From a virus (taxonomy: Duplodnaviria; Caudoviricetes), in the IMG/VR virus record IMGVR_UViG_3300027772_000112, positions 1-30,991 of that record: DNA of 30,991 nt; one strand, given 5' to 3'. Position numbers and translations under genes: made by a program. The first letter of the stretch is position 1, and every line of letters begins with the position of its first letter. The notes under the pieces were generated by a model. It was not told the DNA's origin and did not search any database. It saw only the letters and a program-made list of their open reading frames with translations. Positions 25,175-30,991 of this stretch are shown here, piece by piece.

Positions 25175-25358
25175 AAGGATATGTGAAGTGTTCTTGTCGC
25201 TTTGTCGGTCATGTAGGGTAGCGGGAATGCCTCGCAATCGATCAGAAATGCCCCGTAGAGCGTTCGTAAGCTGTTTGGCGGCTCTGCGGACGGTTTCGCG
25301 TGTGTCCGCGCTAGAATCGAATCGATGAAATGGCATGGTGCGAATGAGGTTGAATGGC

Positions 25359-25631
25359 CTACTTTTTATCCGGCGAAAAGTTATCCAAGGATTGGATTCG
25401 CTCGACGACCGGATAGACATCGTAGTCCTCGCTGAGTTCGACCGGCACGACGCGAATCCGCCCTTGCGTGTACTCGCCGGGGTTTAGCTCGCGAGCCGCT
25501 TTCTCCGCATCCTTGCGCGAGGAGAATTCTACCGTCTGGTAGCTGACGACCCGCTCCTTCATGTCGCTCCAGCCAATCGCGCCGCTTAGCTGGACCTTAT
25601 AGATCGGTTTCGCGAACAGGTTGCGGCTCAT
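25359..25631 (-). CDS. Hypothetical protein
   Basis: 90 aa, ATGA-coupled. Confidence 0.7.
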   Translation of the reverse strand: MSRNLFAKPIYKVQLSGAIGWSDMKERVVSYQTVEFSSRKDAEKAARELNPGEYTQGRIRVVPVELSEDYDVYPVVERIQSLDNFSPDKK

Positions 25632-25861
25632 AGCGTCTCCAGATCAGGTGTACCGGGGCAGAGCTTGTCGCCATCCTCGCGCTCGATGATCAATTCAAGG
25701 ATTTGCGTGCCATCCTTCGCGATGAGGGAGCAGATATGTTTGTTGTCGTCGTAAATGCTGAGCGGTATCGCGCCGTGTTCTTGCTCCTCGCCGGTCAGAA
25801 TTGCGTTGAAAAGATCGACGATTGTCTGGGCGTTCTGTTTGGACTGGATGGTTAGTTTCAT
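25628..25861 (-). CDS. Hypothetical protein
   Basis: 77 aa, ATGA-coupled at both ends. Confidence 0.68.
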   Translation of the reverse strand: MKLTIQSKQNAQTIVDLFNAILTGEEQEHGAIPLSIYDDNKHICSLIAKDGTQILELIIEREDGDKLCPGTPDLETL

Positions 25862-26247
25862 TTTGTTGGGAAATTCTGGGGTTTGTTTCGAGTCGCAACT
25901 GTCAGGGAATCCTTGACGGTTCGACGTTCTAGCTCGCGCATCACTCGACGACCGTATGCGCGGGAAGAGGATCGTTTGAGGGCTTTTGGCCCACCCTGCC
26001 AGATGCGTGCGAGCGATTCGTCGGAGAGGTTGCGCCCGTAATGCGCGAGGTATGCGTGGGCGATGAACGTCGCGACGGCGCGGTTGGTGACTTGGGCGTG
26101 CGCGTAATGCGTCCCCATGATGCGGTTTACGTCGCGCACAAGAATCGGCTTGATCTGGAGCGCGCCAAGTTCGCCGTGTTTGCCGCGAGCGAGGTCATTT
26201 CCGTGTGATTCGATCTGAATCAGGGCCGAAAGAAGCAATGGATGCAT
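25858..26247 (-). CDS. Lysozyme-fold protein (SLT/i-type destabilase-like)
   Basis: ALIQIES (putative catalytic Glu), GALQI and LARIWQGGP correspond to the three lysozyme/transglycosylase motifs. Confidence 0.78.
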   Translation of the reverse strand: MHPLLLSALIQIESHGNDLARGKHGELGALQIKPILVRDVNRIMGTHYAHAQVTNRAVATFIAHAYLAHYGRNLSDESLARIWQGGPKALKRSSSRAYGRRVMRELERRTVKDSLTVATRNKPQNFPTK

Positions 26248-26308
26248 GATTTGATGCGCGGATGCGGTTTATTCGTTGGATTTGATGCGCGGGGGATGTT
26301 TTAACGGT

Positions 26309-26497
26309 TCAGGACTCGGTTTGCCAATGTCCGACTTCTTTTTGCTTCTGGTTAACGTTGACCAGTCGCCATGCGCCGCATCGGCAAATCTGTTCGATAG
26401 TAGCCCATCCATGTGCGCGAGGATTCGGTTTGTCGGATTCGACCGGGCCAGCGAAACAGCGTTGCTTAAATCCTTCTGCTTTGTGGACGTGCTTCAC
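26309..26497 (-). CDS. Hypothetical protein
   Basis: 62 aa with HVH and CRCG; GTGA-coupled. Confidence 0.6.
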   Translation of the reverse strand: MKHVHKAEGFKQRCFAGPVESDKPNPRAHGWATIEQICRCGAWRLVNVNQKQKEVGHWQTES

Positions 26498-26835
26498 AGT
26501 TGTCCTTTCGCCTTCCTGATGATGGCGCGAGCAAAGTCCAAGTCGTCGTCGTCGGCCATCGGATGCGCCAGACGTTCCAGCGCGGAGAGAAGATCGGGCG
26601 CGGAGGCGATGAGGTTGGCGTTGGCCTTTATTTCCAGAGTGTCGGTCATAAGACAGACGGTTTTCCCGTGCTGGTCATGGAAAACGTGCCATTCGCCGTT
26701 TTCGCCTTCCGCTGGCGGATGAACCTCCGCGAATTGAGGCACGTTGCAGATGCAGCGGCTCGCGTGATTCGGATGTTTGCCTTCCCATTGCGGATCAGGA
26801 ACGACAAACCAAGGGCCGGGGGTATGGGTTTTCAT
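26494..26835 (-). CDS. Conserved phage early protein (HTPGPW...ANAxLIAxAPDL type)
   Basis: MKTHTPGPW start and ANANLIASAPDLLSALE end, a common phage motif pair. Confidence 0.8.
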   Translation of the reverse strand: MKTHTPGPWFVVPDPQWEGKHPNHASRCICNVPQFAEVHPPAEGENGEWHVFHDQHGKTVCLMTDTLEIKANANLIASAPDLLSALERLAHPMADDDDLDFARAIIRKAKGQL

Positions 26836-26839
26836 GGGT

Positions 26840-27439
26840 TCAGGCGTTGGTGGTGAATGATTCGGCGAAACGAATGCCTTCTTTGCGGCCTGATTCGGAG
26901 CCGCCTAGTTCCGATTCCTCGCGTGCGCCGTCGCCCAATTGGCGCGAATAGGCGGTCCAGTGTTCGCGTGCGTCGGAATAGGGGATGCCGCAATCGCGGT
27001 TCAGGATATGGGCAAAGGATGAATAAAAGTCGGCCAGAACGGATTCGACCGCATCTTCCATGTCAATGGCGCGGAGCAATTGCGCGTCCATGCGGTTCAG
27101 GGTCATGCGCGGGAGGATAATCTCTACAGCGAAGTCGCGAGCGTCCGCCCATATGCTGCTGTACGCGTTCGTTTTGAGCCACAGGGAGCCGTCCTGAAAT
27201 AGATGGTACACGGAATCGTCACCGCCAGTGCCGGCGCGGAAAGAGTCTGCAATATCGTCGGCGAATGGGGGCAGTTCCTCGATTAAGTCTTGCTCCTCGG
27301 GAGTGAAACTATCGTCCATGCGGTAATTTTGGCGGACGTAGGCACGGGCGGATAACGGGAGCCGGCGCGCTTCGAAAGACGACAGGACCGAGTCGCGAGC
27401 AATGATGCGTTCAAGGATGGGGAGCAATTTTGGATTCAT
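26840..27439 (-). CDS. Hypothetical protein
   Basis: 199 aa, acidic; AATCCAATCCA leader. Confidence 0.75.
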   Translation of the reverse strand: MNPKLLPILERIIARDSVLSSFEARRLPLSARAYVRQNYRMDDSFTPEEQDLIEELPPFADDIADSFRAGTGGDDSVYHLFQDGSLWLKTNAYSSIWADARDFAVEIILPRMTLNRMDAQLLRAIDMEDAVESVLADFYSSFAHILNRDCGIPYSDAREHWTAYSRQLGDGAREESELGGSESGRKEGIRFAESFTTNA

Positions 27440-27467
27440 TGGATTGGATTATTTGAGGAGGACTTGT

Positions 27468-27518
27468 GGCCTACCCTGTCGCAGCACGCCTTGCGGCATG
27501 ATGCGCGTAGGATAGGTC
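27468..27518 (-). promoter_or_regulatory. Intergenic GNRA hairpin H1
   Basis: Minus strand GACCUAUCCU-ACGC-GCAUCAUGCC-GCAA-GGCGUGCUGC-GAC-AGGGUAGGCC. Confidence 0.7.
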
Positions 27519-27738
27519 ATTCGGCCAGTGCGCGGAGAGCTTTGAGCGTTGGCTTACCTTTACCGCCGATTGCGCGCCAAGCGGCAACGGATGATTCTCC
27601 GTCGTGATTCCAAGTGGAGGCTCCGTCGAGCGTTGCGCGGCAGGATTCCATGAACCGTTCCAGTTTGTCGGGATTGGATGACCAAAGGAGCGCGGAAACG
27701 GATTTACGGTATTCAGAGAGGAAGGATGATTTATTCAT
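27517..27738 (-). CDS. Hypothetical protein
   Basis: ATG 27738 (MNKSSF), just after the upstream stop; ATCCA leader. Confidence 0.68.
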   Translation of the reverse strand: MNKSSFLSEYRKSVSALLWSSNPDKLERFMESCRATLDGASTWNHDGESSVAAWRAIGGKGKPTLKALRALAE

Positions 27739-27757
27739 TGGATGCGCGGGGATAGGG

Positions 27758-28027
27758 TTAGGCGGTGAAGATATGGGCCATGCTACCGTCGGGGAGCGAG
27801 CCGGAGACAAAAGCGCGGTTCCAAAAATTAGTCTCGCGGGGCGTGCCTTTCGATTCGTCTTCGTCAAGAAAACGGAGGACCAGTGCCATCACCGCCGCAC
27901 GGTGTATATCGTCACCGCTCAAACCATAGTCCAGTGGAATGGTGATTGAACCGCGAGCGCACTTTGCTTTGATGCGGGAACCTTTGGAGTCAGTCGCTGA
28001 CAGGAATTTTGTTTGGATTGATTGCAT
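27758..28027 (-). CDS. Conserved phage early hypothetical protein
   Basis: IQTKFLSATDSKGSRIKA motif recalled from phage early regions. Confidence 0.75.
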   Translation of the reverse strand: MQSIQTKFLSATDSKGSRIKAKCARGSITIPLDYGLSGDDIHRAAVMALVLRFLDEDESKGTPRETNFWNRAFVSGSLPDGSMAHIFTA

Positions 28028-28066
28028 GGGATTGGATTTATTGAATCGGGAATCGGGATTGATTCA

Positions 28067-28102
28067 CCGCTGCAATCCACTCTTTCGAATGGACTGGCGC
28101 GG
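28067..28102 (-). promoter_or_regulatory. Intergenic GNRA hairpin H2
   Basis: Minus strand CCGC-GC-CAGUCCAUUC-GAAA-GAGUGGAUUG-CA-GCGG. Confidence 0.75.
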
Positions 28103-28106
28103 GGAG

Positions 28107-28427
28107 TCACTTCCGGCGGATGATTCCGGCAGCAATCATTGCCTTGCGCCAATATTTCAGCGTGCGCGGATGATTTGAGCGGTCAAGGTGAAGGGATTCT
28201 GTCCGATTAGAGCAATCGCGATAGTCCGTTTCGGAATGGGATGAAAGCCATTCGAAAGCCTCGCCCCGCGCAGGATAACACGAAGGAAGAGGATGGTCGC
28301 GCATAAGGGACACTAGCTCGCGGAAAGTCACGGCTTCGCCTTCGGACAGAAAGCCGGATTCTGCGGATTCGCCTTCCTCTGCGGATTCTGGCGTTACAAT
28401 TTCAAAGGTTCGTGAAATTAAGATCAT
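28107..28427 (-). CDS. Conserved phage early hypothetical protein
   Basis: ATG 28427; RTFEIVTPESAEEGESAESGF motif; (ATCCC)n leader. Confidence 0.72.
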   Translation of the reverse strand: MILISRTFEIVTPESAEEGESAESGFLSEGEAVTFRELVSLMRDHPLPSCYPARGEAFEWLSSHSETDYRDCSNRTESLHLDRSNHPRTLKYWRKAMIAAGIIRRK

Positions 28428-28447
28428 GGGATGGGATGGGATGGAAT

Positions 28448-28651
28448 TTACTTTGCGGAGGGAATGGGCCGGAACTCTAAGCAAGGGCCGGAAACGGAGG
28501 CGGAAACGTAATAATCGGACAGATGGAAAGCGGCCCAACGTTCCGAATCGGGAAACGGGAGAATGGCAATGCATTCGTGGGGTTTTCCTTCGTTTCGAAT
28601 GCGCGGAGTTCTATCTATGCGGAGGCAGAGTTGGGCGAGTGTCTCTTTCAT
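28448..28651 (-). CDS. Hypothetical protein
   Basis: ATG 28651 (MKETLAQ) after AAATCCAAATCAAATCCC. Confidence 0.6.
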   Translation of the reverse strand: MKETLAQLCLRIDRTPRIRNEGKPHECIAILPFPDSERWAAFHLSDYYVSASVSGPCLEFRPIPSAK

Positions 28652-28685
28652 GGGATTTGATTTGGATTTGATCGGCTTTAATTCG

Positions 28686-28721
28686 CCGCCATTCCCTACC
28701 GTTGCCGATAGAGAAGCGCGG
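28686..28721 (-). promoter_or_regulatory. Intergenic GNRA hairpin H3
   Basis: Minus strand CCGC-GC-UUCUCUAUCG-GCAA-CGGUAGGGAA-UG-GCGG. Confidence 0.75.
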
Positions 28722-28725
28722 GGAA

Positions 28726-29058
28726 TCAAAGGCGGTTCAGGATTGCTTGGATTGATCGGCCAAGTTCTGCGCGGATTTGATCGTCGAATTGATTGGCTTT
28801 GGCGCGGATTTGATCGGCTTCTTTGCGTGCGGAGGCGAGCATTCGATCAGATTCGGCTTTGGCTTCACGCAGGATTGCTGCGGATTGCTGCCGCGATTCG
28901 GTAAATCCCAAAGCGCGGGATTCAACGCAGTCGTCTGCGTCAATCGCAAATTCGATAGCTGGCAATTGATCGGCAAGCCAAAGCGCGGAATAGGAATTCA
29001 CGCCAAGCAAGGCAACGGTATTGCGGAGGATGTGCTTTTCGTCTGATTTGGATAACAT
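28726..29058 (-). CDS. Hypothetical protein with C-terminal coiled coil
   Basis: ATG 29058 (MLSKSD) after an (AAATCC)4 tract. Confidence 0.7.
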   Translation of the reverse strand: MLSKSDEKHILRNTVALLGVNSYSALWLADQLPAIEFAIDADDCVESRALGFTESRQQSAAILREAKAESDRMLASARKEADQIRAKANQFDDQIRAELGRSIQAILNRL

Positions 29059-29088
29059 GGGATTTGGATTTGGATTTGGATTTGAACG

Positions 29089-29127
29089 CTGAATTCTGGT
29101 TTCCATTTCAGAAAACCAGTGGTTCAG
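29089..29127 (-). promoter_or_regulatory. Intergenic GNRA hairpin H4
   Basis: Minus strand CUGAA-CCA-CUGGUUUUCU-GAAA-UGGAAACCAG-AA-UUCAG. Confidence 0.65.
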
Positions 29128-29130
29128 GAT

Positions 29131-29499
29131 TCAGGCCAATTCGGCGTAGGAATAGAACTCCAAATCATGGCGGATTGAATCGGCAATTCCTGATTCGAAA
29201 GCCTCCCAAAGCGATTCAGAATCCTCTGTTTCGTTGAATTCATGGGCAATGAATTCGAACGGGGAGAAGTCACGGGAATTGGTTTCTGCGGCAAAGCAAA
29301 GCAATTCATGGTATTCTGCGATATTATCGGCGGTGACAATCTTGCCCAAGCCAATCCAATCGAGCGTACGGTCGATAGTGTCACCGATTGATGGCAAGTT
29401 ATGGCAAGCGATTCCGTGGCCGTGATTCCAGCCCATTCGATAGGCGCGTTCTAATGAATCGGAGGCGAATGCGGCTGGGATAGTTTCGGGATAATTCAT
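29131..29499 (-). CDS. Acidic hypothetical early protein
   Basis: 122 aa, Asp/Glu-rich; AAATCCC leader. Confidence 0.75.
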   Translation of the reverse strand: MNYPETIPAAFASDSLERAYRMGWNHGHGIACHNLPSIGDTIDRTLDWIGLGKIVTADNIAEYHELLCFAAETNSRDFSPFEFIAHEFNETEDSESLWEAFESGIADSIRHDLEFYSYAELA

Positions 29500-29510
29500 G
29501 GGATTTGTTT

Positions 29511-29615
29511 TTAGAATTGGGATTTGAAGAAAACGAAGAAAAAGGACCAGCCTGCGACGGCGTAGGCAAGGGAGAGGAAAAGGAGGGAGGCGAGTTTTTT
29601 AAACGTGGGTTTCAT
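29511..29615 (-). CDS. 34-aa hydrophobic peptide, first gene of the early arm
   Basis: MKPTFKKLASLLFLSLAYAVAGWSFFFVFFKSQF; ATG 10 nt after the -10 box. Confidence 0.55.
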   Translation of the reverse strand: MKPTFKKLASLLFLSLAYAVAGWSFFFVFFKSQF

Positions 29616-29625
29616 TGCTGAGGAC

Positions 29626-29672
29626 AGACTAGGCGACGGAGCGGAAGGAGTCAAAATAAATTTTGCTTTTTC
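29626..29672 (-). promoter_or_regulatory. Probable early sigma70-type promoter
   Basis: TTGACT (29654-29649)-17 nt-TAGTCT (29631-29626) with an A/T-rich UP-like tract upstream. Confidence 0.7.
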
Positions 29673-29831
29673 TTTCGAGAGAGAGTGAAAAGGGCCGGTT
29701 TCATTGGTGAAAATGCGTGAAAAATTTTTTAGAGCGGAACCACTGGCGAAGTGAAAAATCGAATTTTTGGGGGAGAGGAGCGAAGGAAACTTGGCTTGCG
29801 AAAGACTACCTTGGCTTGCAAGGTAGCGACG

Positions 29832-30260
29832 ATGAAACCGGAGCAATGGACGAAAGCCAAAAGCCTCTACCTTGCGGGGAAGACATGGGGAGCAATTGCA
29901 AGCGATTTGAAGCTGAATCAATCAACGCTGCTTTCGAAAGCCTCTAGGGAAGGATTGCCGGCGATTAGGAAGGAGATGCGAAACACTATTACCTCTAAAG
30001 AAAACGTTTCCCTAGAAAGCCTCTCTGCTTTGGTACGTTCGAAACTCGCGGCGGACGCGGCCAGCACGCTAGAACGAATCGATAGCTATTCGTTGGACGG
30101 GATAAAGGATGAATCGGTCAGGGAATCGATTCTAGGCAGCGTGGCGAAGCGAAGCGCGCTTGTGTTTGGCTGGTCAGAGCAAGGCGAGGCGACTTCGGTA
30201 TCCATTAATCTGTTAGGATCGATGCCAGATCGGTTCGCGGAGGTAGGCGTCTCGAAGTGA
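29832..30260 (+). CDS. Probable terminase small subunit (N-terminal HTH)
   Basis: MKPEQWTKAKSLYLAGKTWGAIASDLKLNQSTLLSKASREGL HTH, helical middle and C-terminal strand (TSVSINL): TerS-like architecture. Confidence 0.55.
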   Translation: MKPEQWTKAKSLYLAGKTWGAIASDLKLNQSTLLSKASREGLPAIRKEMRNTITSKENVSLESLSALVRSKLAADAASTLERIDSYSLDGIKDESVRESILGSVAKRSALVFGWSEQGEATSVSINLLGSMPDRFAEVGVSK

Positions 30261-30436
30261 ATATAACAGTGTTTGTGCAACGGGGGAAAACTTATAGTCA
30301 GGATAAGTAAATCTTATGGGATAAAAGGATTGTTTTTCCTAGACTTGGCACACTTTGTGAGGCAAAGTAGGGCACCCCCTTTTAGGGGCGGCTTCGTTTA
30401 CGATACCCCCCTCAAAAATTTTCCGTCTTTTTGACC

Positions 30437-30964
30437 ATGTTAAGTAAAATTAAAATTGGTCAAGTTATTTCTCTCAATCAAGCTGAGAGGAAGTTGGCCC
30501 ACTTCGTGGCTAAGAATCGCAACGGCAATAACCGTCATTTCAACACTACGAACTTGAAGATAAGCACGGATGACCCTGCGACCGTGGATCTGGAGGGCGT
30601 ATGCGGCGAGATAGCCTTCTGTAAGCTATTTAATGTCTATCCCGACATCGACACGAACCGCGAGCCTCCGCACCCGCTCTACGACGCGATTATCCCGCCC
30701 ATCCCTCCGGGCATTCGCATCGATGTGAAGACGACCAAGTACGAGACTGGCAAGCTACTGGTCGATGCGCGCAAGGGTTCCAAGACCGATGGCGTGGATT
30801 TCTACGCTCTGATGACGGGTCAATTCCCCGGCCCGTATACGTTCCGAGGATTCATCGCGAAGGAACATATCATCCAGCCGCACAGAATCGGAACGCTCAT
30901 CAAAGGATTCAAAACGTACATGGCGGATCAGAGCGAGCTAACGGACGAGGTAACTATATTCTAA
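30437..30964 (+). CDS. Hypothetical protein with restriction-endonuclease-like PD-(D/E)XK pattern
   Basis: GVCGEIAF...YDAII...RIDVKTT acidic/Lys motif order. Confidence 0.6.
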   Translation: MLSKIKIGQVISLNQAERKLAHFVAKNRNGNNRHFNTTNLKISTDDPATVDLEGVCGEIAFCKLFNVYPDIDTNREPPHPLYDAIIPPIPPGIRIDVKTTKYETGKLLVDARKGSKTDGVDFYALMTGQFPGPYTFRGFIAKEHIIQPHRIGTLIKGFKTYMADQSELTDEVTIF

Positions 30965-30991
30965 TTGACTCATGTGGCGCTATTATGCGTC

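Noticed and set aside
25035-25420. ORFs 25035-25328 (+) and 25070-25420 (-)
   Set aside because: Arg-rich, motif-less translations across inverted repeats, one overlapping a better gene; treated as non-coding.
27468-29127. Hairpins H1-H4 as intrinsic terminators or tRNA fragments
   Set aside because: No following U-tract, no cloverleaf, T-loop or CCA.
1-30991. Alternative genetic code or stop-codon readthrough
   Set aside because: Long genes are intact under the standard code and TGA, TAA and TAG all end genes at sensible junctions.

Overview
A ~31 kb segment of a tailed dsDNA phage, probably podovirus-like; host not determinable, and no integrase, DNA polymerase, capsid, tRNA or CRISPR is visible. 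Four blocks: (1) 1-2695 minus strand: terminase large subunit, a Cys-rich protein and the start of a probable portal running off the left edge; (2) 2750-13690 plus strand: tail fibre, tail nozzle/collar/adaptor-like genes, three probable ejection proteins and two small basic proteins; (3) 13677-29615 minus strand: an early/middle arm with many small genes, a lysozyme-fold protein, an excisionase-like HTH, RecT/RecE-like recombination genes, two SSB-like proteins, an SF2 helicase, a RuvC-like resolvase and a primase-helicase; (4) 29832-30964 plus strand: a probable terminase small subunit and a nuclease-fold protein. The most unusual signals are non-coding: four intergenic GNRA-capped hairpins of shared geometry plus a repeated TCCCCGCGC post-stop motif and AATCC leaders in the early arm; a mini-gene array joined by a 27-bp junction repeat; and a two-domain structured element threaded by an ORF just upstream of the excisionase-like gene. 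All protein calls come from motif recognition by eye, not database searches.
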